A stretch of 64,000 nucleotides of DNA from Octopus vulgaris (GCA_951406725.2 OX597814.1:43710001-43774000); one strand, 5' to 3'. Numbered from the stretch's first letter, positions 25,128-39,600 are shown. Notes: a model not told the origin generated them from the sequence alone. Numbers and translations are program-made.

Positions 25128-26229
25128 TGGTGACACACAAGTACTATGCAGAAGAATTTCATCAATTCAAATGGAAAATATTTAGCACCAGTACCCTCAA
25201 GCAATGAAAAAAGAAATTATTTTAATTGTGTTTAAAGATTTTGTTCTGTTGAAAACTGTAACTTGATTAATGGTTGTGTTTCACGCTCGTTTGTTTTATT
25301 TGTTGGTTTGTTCTTTCTTCTAAGTTCTATGTGTATCTTAACATACTTTGTTGAAGAAAAGTATTACAAGTATTACAGATGGGCTTTCTGAAAAGAATTC
25401 CCTTCATTTGACCGAATGTGCAAACACGTATATGCATTGTGCAAATGAGACAGATGATTGTTTACCAAAATCTACCACACTGACGCATGGTGAGTGAATG
25501 GTAACATTACCTGATCATTTCTAGAGCATGGGGACTTTCCTTCTCTCATCAACAGAATGTTTTCAGACAGCTATCTCAGACAAAGGTGGAAAACACATTT
25601 ATTGAAAGTGTTGCAATCTATGGTAACATGTGTGTCATCAATTTAAAATAAGATCACTAACTCAAATATTACAAGGCGCATCTACATATAAACTGCCTAT
25701 GTAAACTTTGTGAAGTTCAAGGGCAACCATAAATAGTATTTTGATGAAATTAATTCCGGGTTCGAATTCATGATCAAGACAAATATCAACCATAGTTTCT
25801 AATATTCAGAGATATTAGTCTTAAGTTGGTGGAATTCATTATAAGTATATTAGCCCCCAAGGTACCAAAAATCTTCAAAGTTGTCCCCGAGTTATGGTCT
25901 GTGTATATTGATAATGACTAAGCATTGAGAACAAAACTAACCTCACAAGTAACAGTGAAAGTGGAAAAAATAACAGCCAGAAAAAATACCGAAATGCAAC
26001 TTCTAAATATGCTAGGAACAATTCTTTTAAATGACCGAGGAACAATTCTTGAGTCGGCAGGAAAATCGCCTCATTCTAATTTCTCCGAAGCAACAGAGAA
26101 TATAAGAAACTTCCTTCCACAACCACTACTTGGTGTATTAGTATAGAGTGGGTGTGTGTCTCACATTAACAGATACAGCAGCGCGAAGGGAAATACATTG
26201 AAGACCTCACACACAGCCTGCCACACTAC

Positions 26230-26500
26230 CTAATTGTAAGAATAAAATACGGTCACAGAGATCTATAAAATTATCTGAACGCAGCTGCTTAATGGTAGGG
26301 TCGATGTAATCGACTGACCTCTGCCCTGGAGATTGCTGGCTTTCTGGCAAAATGTGTTTAGATCTGCTATGTAAGGGGGCAAGCTGGTAAAGTCGTTACC
26401 GTTTAAAGCAAAACACCTAGCAGTATTTCTTCCGAATGTTCTCAGTTCAAATACTCTCGAGGCCATCTTTGATTTTCATCCAACCACGGACAATAATATA
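26230..26500 (+). mobile_element. Degraded fragments of a second tRNA-derived SINE family (OR-like)
   Basis: Shares gggtcgatgtaatcgac and agttcaaat...gag..c..tt.catcc blocks with 39440-39600, 61440-61805 and 18030-18145. Confidence 0.55.
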
Positions 26501-27483
26501 TAACAGAAGTCAACTACCGTGAATGATGCAATGAACGTAAAGATACTTCTTTTCTGCCAAAATTTGACACCATTATTATTGATAATGTTAATATTAGCAG
26601 CGCACTGTGTTTTAGTTTTACAAATTCTACTGTACATTCTGAAGTCTACTTAGTATGCGACCAGTCGTAGTAGTTTTATATTCTGTTTATTTTCAGTCCA
26701 GTCTCTTTGCTATGTGTTTCTATATTTTGAAATCTATCAAAATATTTTTTGTACAACCAGAGAATATCTATTCGAGTCTAAATTTAACATAGTGGATAAA
26801 TGCACCTGAGTCAACAGAACAATAGAGGAGAGAGAAAGATAATGAGGGAGAGAGAGACGTATCTAGGAATATTGCTATTCTACAGGAGGGGTAGTTCCTT
26901 TCTTTTTATAATTGCGTCGATTTTGTCTTCATATTTCTTTCCCATTTACTTATAACCTGATTCGTATACCTGTTTCTCTCGGTATTTTAAAATTATATAT
27001 CCTTCAGTTTGCATTTTACAGAGTTAATTACTTTCAATTTATAATATTCCGCAGGCGTTTCTTTGATTTTTAAATTCAGTTATATTTTCATATATGGATA
27101 TTTCCGTTCATTTCTTACTGCCATCAGTCTAAATCTATGCAGAACATTTCAAACTTTCAGGAGACATTGCGTCTTATGATAAAAGCTTTCAGCTGAAAGT
27201 AATTTTTAAAATTAACAATATTTCTTTTTAGAATACAACTGAAAGGCCTTGCACAGATATACGCGTGCACAAACTGATACTCACACCTACTCATATGCAT
27301 AATAATATAAAGATTTATGTTGTCTCTTTCCCTCACTCAATTTCTCTCAATATGTGTGTGTATGTGTCTTTGCGTGCGTGTTTGTGTTTCGGTGAATATT
27401 ATAGAGGGTAATGTTTGTGTGTTTTACTTGCATATACAGAAAAATATCTACGCATCACACATACGTACACACACACGCACACT

Positions 27484-27533
<50 letters not shown>

Positions 27534-27799
27534 AACATGTATATACCATTGTGAATGTATACTTCCTTTTGCGAATTTATGCATCTTAGTTTATTAATTG
27601 ACGTAAGGTGTGTATGTACGTCATCTTCTTACCTTAGCGTATACGTTCGCAAATAGATGCTTATGAAAACATTAAAAACGTACAGTTTAGAAGAGGGAGA
27701 GTGTATTCAGTACATGATGTAAAGTATATTGGCGGCTTAAAAAATGTCTTATAACAATATGTACTTCACGATAGAGCTAAGCTACAAGCGACTATATTC

Positions 27800-29870
27800 A
27801 AAATCTATTTAAAATGGTTTATATATGTGCGTATAGGGTTATTTTCCTATCTACACCCATCGGTTTTACTTGCTAGGTGTTAAATACTTTGATATATGTT
27901 GATGCGTTGATATTTTTTTTTCATTCTCTTGTGTTATGTGACTCTAGGAGCTGAAGGGCTGAATTCTTCGCGACGTTTCTCTGCTGCTAAATTGTGTTAT
28001 ATTTGGTTCCTTTATGTGCTTATTAGTTCTTATTGGTTAATTCTTCGATGTTTGCCAATTTAATTATTGATGTCCTGTTTCGTTTCATTGGAAAATTCAT
28101 CTCTATCTCAATTTTAGGCGGTAAAGTTTATTAAATTTGGCTTCATTATACTGTTGTTTGTTTTATATCTGCATTGTCACTAGATCTGAGATGGTTCTAG
28201 CTCATGTTGTTAAATATTGTATTTTGGTTGTCGATTTAATATTTATTGCATCCAGTATTGCTAAATAGTAATTATTTTCATTCGTAATATTGGTACTCTG
28301 TTCCTACTGACTTTCCGATCTAAACTGTTGTACTTTTAGGATTGGTATTACTATGTTTTAACTCTTAACTTTACTCCAATTACATCATACATATATAAGC
28401 ACTATGTGCTATCTATAATCGTTTATAAAAATTAATTTATTCAGGTGTTTGCAACGTGACATTATCCCATTTTCTCTGCAGAACAATATTTGTGTTTGTG
28501 TATAGCTACTTCGATACATGTTTCCAAGACATTTGCATGCAGGACAGCACTATCTTTTCTTTTCGTTTAATGTATTCGTCTCAAATGGGCTTCCTCAAAG
28601 ATGTTGCATTGTTTCTGCATTTAAAGCAGAACGATTGCTTAACTTGTAAGCAGCCATCATTGCTTGTCTAACTTACTGGTTCCAAAGAGGATTTTAATGT
28701 ATTGCCATCTTTAAATACAGTAAATCTCTCATATATTTCAGATTTTAAGGCAATTTCTCCTCATTAGGAAACATTTTTTTCTGTTGCAATAGTTATATTT
28801 TCCGTACGGAAATTTAGATACTCAGTTATCTATAATGTGGGTGACATGTATTTACTTTCATATACTGCTGCATTCAATGTTCCTTTTTGTTTCAATTGTG
28901 TAGTTTATAGTAATATAATCGGTTAATGCACTTTTGTGAGTTAGAACCATTTATGGATACATTTCCCGCATATTTCGATACAATTGCAGGGAAAAATTTC
29001 TTCAAATGGATTAAGATTCTTCTTTATAACGGTCAAAACGACTTCTATTTTGGGAACTTGCTCATTGTTAACCTTAAAATTTAGAATGCTTGAACTTACA
29101 TGGATATTCAATTTTCGTATGATATAGTGGGAATTCTTTGTTTTATGTTGCTGACTCTGTTTTTACTTATCTACTATATGAGATTAAGATGCTCGTACGT
29201 CATATTCATTGGCTCTATGAAATTTTAAATCTTTGGGTTGTTTTCTATAACAAATTTGCAGTCACCTACCATCTAATTTTACCAAATGTAATAATGATTG
29301 TCCACTCAAATATAACCAGCCATTCGAAACTAAGATACCGGTTGGTTGTATTTTGGAGTGGAGTGACATCTTTCTTAGTACTTCTCATTGGTATAGATCT
29401 AAAGCATTGTATACATTCGTTCAGTTGTTAGATCGCTTGCTCACACCGAAACATTGCTGCTTTTCTTTATGTGACTATGTTATCGCACACAAGTAGCTTA
29501 AGAGTAGCTTAAGAGATTTCGTTGTATAATTTTGTTTACGTGCACGTTTTCTCTGACATACATAGTGACTTGTCATCTGATATAAGTGATTCTTGGAGGG
29601 GGGATCGATAGTTTTTTAATCTGACATCCTTGAAAATAAGTTTCACAATTAATTTTAATCTTTCTGTAATCCTAAAGTGTCATAGACTACAGCAGGTTCG
29701 AATGGCAATTTTTTTCGCCTGAATGCATCATTGTTGTCATTTTGGTGCGAACATATGTACCGATTACGTTTGGTTAAATATTACCTCTGGAAGACGGTTA
29801 CCATTATTTTTACGAAAGAGAACTAATCTTTGATAGATGGCCATGTGTATTTTGATTCTACATTAAATAG
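27800..29870 (-). mobile_element. Highly decayed LINE-like sequence (possibly L1/Tx1 ORF2)
   Basis: A-rich coding-like minus strand with faint motifs (LNNDG.., LHANV resembling LYADD); many stops. Confidence 0.3.
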
Positions 29871-29989
29871 TTTTCGAATCAGTGAAAAGTATATAATAAT
29901 TTTTCCGGTTTATAAACCGAAGCATCTTATAATATTTATGCTTATCATTGCGTTACTAAGACCATCAGTAATAGTTTCGTATGTTTAAA

Positions 29990-30825
29990 GAAAAGATAGG
30001 GAGAAAGAAAAGAGGAAGAGAGAGGCGTCCATGACATGAGGTAGAGGGAATGTAATTGTAACGCTTTCATGTGATTACTTGAAAGGAAAGAAAGGAGAAA
30101 GTAAAATGAGAGGGAAAAAGAACATTAGGCGAAGACTGAGACAGAAAGAGGGACTAAGAAGATGAGAGCGAAAAAGACGGAGTGAAAAAAATGAGAGAGA
30201 GAGAGAAGCGCCCATGATGTGAGGTAGAGGGAACTTAAACATTTTAGCGGAGGGGTGATGTTCTGATGATAAGATTATAGAAGGAAAGAGCGAGAGGAGC
30301 GAGAGTAAGCTGGAGAGAGGGGGGGGGTTATTGTTGATGTTGTTGTTGTTGTTGCTGGTGGGTGGTGACGGTGCTGAGTGCGTAGTGAAAAGTGAATTGT
30401 TTTTAATTGAACAGTCTTTTACATTACCTCTGACTTAACGCATGCGCATAAGTGCAATTTCGTGAAATATCCACGCTTACTTACGTGGCAGATATATGCA
30501 GTTTAACTAAAGGTTACACGGGATGTTCTTGTTTATGGGAAAATGGAAAAATAAAATTGAATGTTTATCTTAAGAGTGCCATGTATTAAGTCTATAAAAC
30601 TGCATAAGTTGTATAAATTTTATATGTATATATATATATATATAAAGTGCATTAAATAATCATGATATTCTAATTTCTTTCATTTTTCAAAGAGTAGCAG
30701 ATGAGTAACTACCTTTCCACACAGAGACATTACAGTATACGCTTTAAGGTTTTTTGGGTAAAGTTTTCAGAAATAACCTAATAGGTTTACCCTTAATTCC
30801 GTGAAATGCTCACGGGTCCCTTAGT
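29990..30825 (+). mobile_element. Non-autonomous Helitron-like element (3' end)
   Basis: Hairpin ccgtga-aatgc-tcacgg (30799-30815) followed by TTAG/T, resembling the CTRR/T terminus. The left boundary is uncertain. Confidence 0.45.
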
Positions 30826-31305
30826 AATTATATATTACATTATTTTGTGATTTGGTAAACGTACCGTTTCTAAATAAAGTTGGAGATGTCTAAAACAAAA
30901 ATATATATATAACGGTATTGAAGGCTATTACAACGCCATTTCAAATTGAAAAGACAAATCAATCAGCTATAGAAAGAGCAACAATCAAAGGACATCACGA
31001 TAAGAAATTAATATTTAATAACTACACAACAAAAAGAAGACACCATACAGAGCTATAAAACTGACAACAAACGGTATCTAGGGTCAGCTTCAAATAGCGA
31101 CAATAATGTGGCGGAAATTATCTACCTCATGAACTTCTATACACATATACATTCATACATACATACATATATACACACATACTCACACAGATATATACAT
31201 TTATATTTACATATATATATATATGTGTGTGTATGTGTAAAAATGTATGTATATATTTGTATGTGTGTATGTGTGCATATACATATATATATATATAGAA
31301 CCATA

Positions 31306-31465
31306 GACGTAGGAGTGGGTGTGTGGTAAGTAGCTTGCTAACCAACCACATGGTTCCGGGTTCAGTCCCACTGCGTGGCATCTTGGACAAGTGTCTTCTG
31401 CTATAGCCCCGGGCCGACCAATGCCTTGTGAGTGGATTTGGTAGACGGAAACTGAAAGAAGCCTG

Positions 31466-31521
<56 letters not shown>

Positions 31522-31733
31522 TTGTTTGTGTGTCTGTGTTTGTCCCCCTAGCATTGCTTGACAACCGATGGTGGTGTGTTTACGTCCCCGCCATTTAGTG
31601 GTTCGGCAAAAGACACCAATAGAATAAGTACTGGGCTTACAAAGAATAAGTCCCGCGGTCGATTTGCTCGACTAAAGGCGGTGCTCCAGCATGGCCGCAG
31701 TCAAATGACTGAAGCAAGTAAAAGAGAAAGAGA
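31306..31733 (+). mobile_element. tRNA-derived SINE with CORE-like block and internal microsatellite
   Basis: A-box (gtgtggtaag) and B-box (gggttcagtcc) head, cttggacaagtg block, internal (TA)(TG)n and aagtaaaagag tail. Multiple copies occur in this window. Confidence 0.88.
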
Positions 31734-32466
31734 AAACTTGGTTCTACACATCAGTGAACACGTGCTATAGAGCAAAACGTCAGTTGGTTTCAGAGCGGTA
31801 GTAAGAAATTGAAATGAAAACAGAATAAGGAATTGTCATGAATGCCATTGGCTTATAGCACTTACTGCTATTGATACTCTGCACTAATATTTGAACGCTT
31901 AGGTTTTACTGTATAGCAACATCAGGTATTCAAAAATGAGAAGCAGTTTTATTTACGAATGTAAATGCTTTCCCAAATACAATCGGGAATTTTTGAAGTT
32001 CCGACGAAGCTATAGAGCGATACACAAGTATTCAAATATGAGTGCATTGCATCTTACAGCAGAAACAACTGAAAGCTAAAGAAGTTCATGATTAATTTCT
32101 TATTCCCCTCTCAAATTAATTTCTTAAGTATATGTGTGTGCGTGTCTGTATGAGTTTATGTCTGTGGGCATGTATGTGTATATTATGTCTTTATTAATGT
32201 ATGCACTTCAAATAACTATATATTAGAGCTGTGATGTGTATAACATTATAACGTATATGCAAAGAGAAAATGGCATGTGGCCTTATTTGCTATTTTTTCG
32301 TGATAAACAGTGCCGATGAATCAGAAATAACGAGAAATATATTTGTTCCACTATCAATATCACATAGGAAATATCAATAAATGCTAAACAGATTAAATGA
32401 GGTCGAAGTACCGTGTCCGACGATCGGTTCACCACACTCTAAGCGTGATCTGAGTTTTTAATTATA

Positions 32467-33006
32467 TTGGGTTGTCCGAAAACTTCGTGCCGATTTTTAA
32501 AGGAAAGAAAAAGGTCAATAAATACTTGCTATTACATTTTTAATCAACCAAATATGAACCATTTTGTTGCACAATGCGTCCCCATCTTTTCTTTAACTTG
32601 AAAATACCCTCTTACCAGAACTGAGGTGGTTTCATGGCAAATAATTCATCAAGGTATCTTTTTACGTAATCCAAGGAATTCTGCAGAGACCTGAATACGT
32701 GGAAATCTGAAGGAGCAACATCTGGTGAATATGGAGGGTGGGGTAACTCATCCCAGCCGAGCTGTAGCAAGTTTTGTCTGGTTCCCAAACATCAAGTGCT
32801 GAAAATGAACTTTCTTATCTTCCATTTTAAAGAGTTACAGAATTAGAATAGGTTATAGGAAAATAAACCTTCTTCCATGAAAAATAGCTTAAAATGTGCT
32901 CTAAATGGACGTGTAGTCATGTCCTATTTTATGGATTCAACCATGTTCTAAAATAGGTCGAAAGTTAAGCTGCTATAAATCCGCACGAACATACGCGACA
33001 ACCCAT
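32467..33006 (-). mobile_element. Internally deleted mariner (DD34D-type) element
   Basis: TIRs ttgggttgtc..ttcgtgc.gattt / aaatccgcacgaa..gacaaccca, flanked by TA. Minus strand encodes GWDELPHPPYSPDVAPSDFHVFRSLQNSL. Confidence 0.88.
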
Positions 33007-33226
33007 TAGAAGTCTCTTTCAGGAAGTTCTCAGGGACAAAATGTTAACAGCTGGTAAACTTTCTATGCGACTATAACAAACTGTACACACCTGCGCGCGT
33101 CCATCTTCATATACGTGTATGTATAGCAATTAAATATATAGATCTATGCATAGTTATCTAGATATATTGATAAATGTACACACACACACACATACTTTTT
33201 TGTATATGCATACATATATATATGTA

Positions 33227-33331
<105 letters not shown>

Positions 33332-33334
33332 GAG

Positions 33335-33668
33335 ACCTCCTTTGGTCATGAATGGCCATGGGATTGCACCTAGAAAGTTAGCCTTCGAGGCATGAGTCCG
33401 GGCAAGTTTGTCTTTGTGCTAGGCCAGTAGTTGCACATGCATACAAAGCCCCCTCACCACACCACTAATATTATCCAAGGGAAAGGTAAACGACAATGCA
33501 GCTTGGCACCAATGATGTCACAACTCATTTCTACAGCTGAGTGAACTGGAGCAACGTGAAAGAAAGTGTTTTGCTCAAGAACACAACACGCATTCCAGTC
33601 TGGGAATCGAACTCGCAATCTCATGATCGTGAGCTCGACACCCTAACCACAAACCCATGCGCTTTCAC
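33335..33668 (-). mobile_element. tRNA-derived SINE, third family (partial copy also at about 35235-35385)
   Basis: Minus-strand head gtggttagggtg...gagttcgattcc, then the ttgagcaaaacact / cactcagctgtagaaatgagt block. Confidence 0.75.
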
Positions 33669-33744
33669 AAATATATGTATATATATATATAAGTGTGTGT
33701 GTAAATATGTGTGCATTTATCAATATATCTTTTATTTTTATCTC

Positions 33745-34047
33745 TTTGTTTGTGTCAATCATTTTACTGCGGCCATGCTGGAGCACCGTATTTAGCCGAG
33801 CAAATGGACCTATTATTTGGAATTTTAGTACTTATTCTATCGGGCCTCTTTACCGAACCGCTAGGTTACGGGGACGTAAATACCAGCAACATTTGTCAAG
33901 CGATATTGCAGGGCAAAAACGCACACACACACACACACATACACACACATACACTCACACACACACACACCCACACACACACGCACACACATATATGATT
34001 TTGATTTTGATTTTTCCAGTTTCAGCTCATGAGCTGTGGCCATGCTG

Positions 34048-34122
<75 letters not shown>

Positions 34123-34135
34123 GAGAGAGAGATAG

Positions 34136-34176
<41 letters not shown>

Positions 34177-34400
34177 TATACATACATACACACACACACA
34201 TATATATATGTATGTATGTATACATACATATATATTCGACGAGCTTGTTTCAGTTTCCGCCTACCATATCCACTCACAAGGCTTTGGTCGGTCCGATGCT
34301 ATAGTAGAAGACAGTTGCCCAAGTTGCCAAGCAGTAGGACTGAACATGGAACTGTGTGGTTGGCAACCAAGCTTCTTATCACACAGCCACTTCTGCGCCT
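33745..34400 (-). mobile_element. CORE-like SINE copy, diverged and interrupted by microsatellites
   Basis: Reverse-complement similarity to 31306-31733. Confidence 0.8.
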
Positions 34401-34668
34401 ATATATGTATGCAAGCATGTATGTATTAACGTGAGTACATATCTGTGAGCGCGCGTGCGTGTGTCTGTGCTTACATGTAGTACTACTGAATAAAATTGAC
34501 TGAAGTATATACAACTAGTAAATTTCCATCGCAGAATCAATATTGAATTACGATCTAATTGCTACATGACAATGTATTACTTTTCATTTCATATCTAGCA
34601 CACAAATACTTCTATCGTTGGGGGAGTAGATAGCAATAGAATTTGCCAGATAACATCGATGCAGTATA

Positions 34669-34713
<45 letters not shown>

Positions 34714-35439
34714 GTACACACATACGTGACTTCCGAATTTTGTCTTTTATGAAGAAGACTTCGATAGCATCATTTCAGATCTAGTTCTGGATGTGAATCA
34801 ATCAACTATAATATCTGCCATTATGTGTTACCATTCATTAATATTAGAAATAAGATGAATTTGGCTGATGACTGAATTATTGTTGAGTCGGTCACATTAA
34901 TATGAATCATTACGTCTTTTTGTATCTAATAAGCCTGGCTCCCCATCATTCGCCTCGTCTTCAAACATTCGAGTAACTAGTTCCTTAAATAGTTCCACAT
35001 ATCTCTGATCAGTTAGCGTAAATTATAATAGTTATAAATTGATTAAGATATTCATTGATATATTGAAATACACATTCTACAGTAAGATTCATACGACCCA
35101 CAGAAAAATAGTGCCCATATTCACAAATAAAAAGAAAACAATTATCAACTGTCTTTACCTAGTCATGGCTTCATACGGTCGGTTTCCTGCATTTTCTGAT
35201 TCATATATTCTAACACATCCCTCCACTGGATGAGACGCCGGTCTGTAGCATGAGTACTCATTTTTGTCGGCTGAGTGGACTGGAGAAACGTAAAATGAGG
35301 TATTTTTAACAAGAACTCAACGCATCACTTGGTCCGGGATTTGAAACCACAAACTTAGGATCATGTGTGCAACTCACTAAACATGTATCTGCAACAACAT
35401 ATTTGTAATTATGCAGTTTCAGAAAGGAATGCTAAAATG

Positions 35440-36090
35440 GGAGAGAGAAATAGTTACGAGCAGCACAAGTACAGGCATTGAGAACCAACTGAATAAAAGC
35501 TTAGCTAAACAACAATCAGGTAGACTGACACCGTAGATTATGGAAATCAAAGGAAGGAAGTTTTACTCTTATAGCTAGTGAATGTAGCATGCTGGAACAG
35601 AAGAAATAAATAAAAGACATCATAACTCTTGGATATTAATCTACAGTGAGTTATGTAGAAAGGTAAGATCTGACCATACTGATAAATTGTATGAACGTTA
35701 ACCTAATAAAATGCTAGCAAGTAAGAGATAAAAAATGTGGTGGTATTTTAAGATTCAGGCAAGCAGCCTACTAGAATCTAGTATAGTAGAATGCCCGATA
35801 TAGTAGTAGTAGACAAATACGATAGGTGACAGACAATTAAATCTACAGTCTCAAACGATGAGTAAGTCAATATTAAAGGTATATAGAAAGTAGTAAATTA
35901 CCAGGACGTAGCCCCTGAGTTATATAGGCTATGGATAATGCAGATAAAGTGTAAGCGTTTAGTTAGAGGTGCATGAGATTTGAACAGACGGTTAGAGGAA
36001 AATTCTTTGTTTAGTGAAGAGCGAGAAAATTTTATTATTAGCGACATCTTGGATACTTGGGAAATTTCTTAGCACCTAAGGTTACATGCT
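35440..36090 (+). mobile_element. R4/Dong-like LINE C-terminus (CCHC knuckle plus restriction-like endonuclease), decayed
   Basis: AAQVQALRTN, RRLWKSKEGS..IASECSMLEQ...KRHHN, PDIVVVDK, KVVNYQDVAPELYRLW...LVRGA. Confidence 0.75.
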
Positions 36091-36151
36091 GTACTCTTAT
36101 GTTACGAATTTTTCCTTCCAATAGTCTCAAATGTTTTGTGGAAATGAAATG

Positions 36152-36152
36152 T

Positions 36153-36220
<68 letters not shown>

Positions 36221-36420
36221 TTGTTGCTACTACAACTACTACTACTACTACTGCTGCTGTCATTTCTATTACTGATGATGATGAAGATGATGCTGATGAT
36301 GATGATAATGATGATGATGACAACGACGACGACGACGATGTTGATGATAAGAATAAGTCGAATAATAATAAGTACAATAGTAATAAATGTAATAGTAACT
36401 TGGATAATGATAATAACGTC
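36152..36420. repeat. Compound (CTA)(CTG)(GAT)(GAC)(AAT)n microsatellite
   Basis: Directly visible. Confidence 0.95.
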
Positions 36421-37079
36421 GCCACAATCCGGAACTTCGGCGAAATTCGTCATTTCAACATTTCAAATAAAATTTTCACATAGTACGGTGCTTTAGTATT
36501 TTAATATTCATACTTATATTTTACTTATCTGCTTGTGTGGTACATGTCCAACTGTACTTCGCAAATATGAGTAAGGCTAAATTAAATGCGGCATTTTCAG
36601 ACATTGTATACAGGTTCCCACTTTATTTGGAATATTTTATATCATTTCACAAATAATCCTCCTTAATATTGCAAACTGCAGGTTTCATTATTTGTGAAAT
36701 ATATTGCACATATGTTTCTATAAATATTGTTATATTTCCGATTTCCATTACGAAGCCGCAGCAATAAAGCTTCAATGAATGTATAATGCCATTAATTTGA
36801 CATATTTCATAATATAATATGGCGAATCCTGGTGAATGTTGATTCCCCTTCTCATATAATATATCCAATGCCTGAAATGGGTGGAACATAAAGAGTGGAT
36901 GTCTGTGTGGGCGTACATGCTCTGCATGCATTATAAACACACGAAAATAGTGAACAAAATTTCAATGCTCAAATGGTTCATATATTATTATTCTACTCCA
37001 ACAAACTCCAAAAGCAAAATGAAATAGGTCGGTAGCCACTATACAGAATATGTTTCTCTCCTTGTTTCTTTCTGTGTTC

Positions 37080-37115
37080 CTTTCTGTGGAAGAGCGTAGG
37101 CTCGAAACGTAAAAG
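37080..37115 (+). ncRNA. Minimal hammerhead-like motif (core CUGUGGA) in a solo PLE terminus (about 37050-37195)
   Basis: cttt-CTGTGGA-a-gagc-gtag-gctc-GAAA-CG-TA-aaag. All stems are intact, stem III is the palindrome ACGT and the site is GUA; only A6 deviates. Confidence 0.7.
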
Positions 37116-37208
37116 ACGTATTCAATTCCCGAGCGTTATACTAATACATCTGTTTGTTCTCTACACCACCTGTCTTCGTGAATTCTCCCTACATATATAC
37201 ATATATAC

Positions 37209-37264
<56 letters not shown>

Positions 37265-39439
37265 TTTAAGTATGCACATTTGCATGTTCATATGTATGTA
37301 TGTAAGTATGAACATAGGTTTGTACACAAATATATAACATGCTTGAAAATTTAAAATATAACGCCGCTTGTTTGTACTCAGTGTGGTGCTGAGCGAAACT
37401 ATATACTCTGGTTCTATTTCTATTCACAATTTAACCTATCTATGATAAACTGATGCAAGACGCCACGTTTCATTATTTTGTTCATTGTATATGTAAATAC
37501 TCTCCAATGTGAGATGCCTATTTTAAAATGACAAGCCGGGATCATTTCACTTATGTTTCTCGCAGGCGCAGAGATCATCAATAGTGTATCTCATTGTCCT
37601 CGGTAGTAGTTCGCTCATTTGAATGATGCTATTTATCTTTTTGATAATGGCAAATATATTGCCGATATATGAGAGCTATTTCATCTAAACTTGAATGTAT
37701 CTCATATTTGCTTTCATTTTTCGAAGGACGTAGCACCTTTTCATCGGAGTATAAAATTACGTATAGTTTACTGATACAAAGTTTGCATGATTGGGAAAAC
37801 TACTTATTGTAGTGGAAAGTGTAATATTTCAATGATATGGAAAAAAAAAGTGAAGCAATAAAACTGCAAAATTCATGTTTTTTTTTTGTTGGCCAATACA
37901 CGTGATATATGTAAGCTGCTTATTGTAAACAGCATTAGAACTACGACGGACTTAGTAATGATTATGATAGAAATGTTAAGTCATCGCTATGCACGTAATT
38001 TCTTAGGATTTTTCCAATTTATTGAAAGAAACTTCCTTGAGGAGGAAATATATATTGGATAACTATAATTCTGGGAGGATATATTTAATGCATCTACAAT
38101 ATGAAAGAGCTAATGATATTACACGAAATATGTTCAGAACCACCCTACCCGAGATTTTTAAAAGTTCATTCCTCCGTTAAAATCATCCACCAGTTAAATC
38201 GTTCACTCAGAAGTACCATATTCAGTGATACTACAAATCTAATAATTTAATAATCTCTTATTCATTAGTATAATGTCGAAAGGCCTCAATAGTTAACTAT
38301 AATATTAGACATAAAGTCCTAAATCGCCGTCCCCTAAGCATTACAATATGGCATAAATATTCTCGGGTATTTTTGTAGTTAGTTGTCTTGGCAAGTATAA
38401 ACAATATGCATATGAAAAAAAGCAGCGTATTAATGAAATAATGGAAGGTTAATATGTTTTTAATAAAATTATGATTGTAGTGAAAAACCAATTTAACACA
38501 ACCGGCCCATGAGTCATTTTCGTTATGTTATCACTAATAGTGGCATTCAAATACTTTTCTATCCCGGTGGAAGCGATTCCGTTGCTACTGTGTTTTACCT
38601 TCCATGTGTCCATGGAATTTATCAACATAAGTATCGAATGAATATATTATTTCATTGTTATCTGCCGTTTATATCAATATAGTTCTAAACTCCGGAACAC
38701 TCTGACAAAACTGTCCTAAAGTATTTTCTTCTTGCAGAGCCTTTTTCTGAATTACATGTACTGCTGAATTCTTTTCAGTCTGTGATGGTATAAACTTGGC
38801 AAGTATATTTGCTTCAAACATATTACGGAAAATGTCTTTAAGATGTATGTATCAACAGCAGCTTCCTTTTTTCTGACATGCTACCCTCACCTGAAGATCT
38901 TAGTTCTCACTTCGGTAGACTAAGTACAGTTAGCTCATGGCAAGTTAGCACCGGAAAGATAGATGATAAAAGATTGATATATATGATAACAAATAGATTC
39001 GTATCAGTTCAGGATTGTAAAATGTGGAATGGTCAGTTATTTTTTGCTTCATCTTTGGAACGGCATACTTCTTTTACCCTCTGTTTACCATCCTTCCAAA
39101 TTGCGAATTAAAATTGCTATAAAAAGGAAGCATTTGTTACAGTTATTCATCATCTTCGTTTGTAACCGTTATTTATATCTCTATATCATCAAAATATATT
39201 TCATCTTTCTATTTTCATCGAAAAGAAAATGAGAACTGATGCTTCACCTTCGCCGAATCCTTCAAATATTTAATAATTTGCTATAACATTAGAGTAACAA
39301 CTTACCTTGAATAATCTTGAACAGATAGAGTATCTTCAACAATTTTGAATTGTATTCGCATAAAATAATCTTCTATAATTATTACATCATCTTCTCATCA
39401 CTGAAATGCTTACCCGCTTAATATTAGATACTCCTCCAA

Positions 39440-39600
39440 GGCGTCGAGCCGACAGAACTGTTAGTAGGCCGGGCAAAATGCTTCGCGGCATTTTGTCTGT
39501 CGTTAGTTCATATTCCGCCGAGATGGACTTTGCATTTCATGCTTTCTGTGTCGATAAAATAAAGGCTAGTAGAACACTGAGTCGATGTAATCGACATATC
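39440..39600 (+). mobile_element. OR-like tRNA-derived SINE
   Basis: ggcg..gagc.g.cagaa head, agttca.attccgccgag block and gtcgataaaataa...gtcgatgtaatcgac; repeated elsewhere in the window. Confidence 0.7.

Noticed and set aside
31306-31380. tRNA gene
   Set aside because: The A/B boxes belong to a SINE head; there is no cloverleaf.
36647-36940. 97-aa minus-strand ORF
   Set aside because: No recognisable motif, non-ATG start and no supporting exons.
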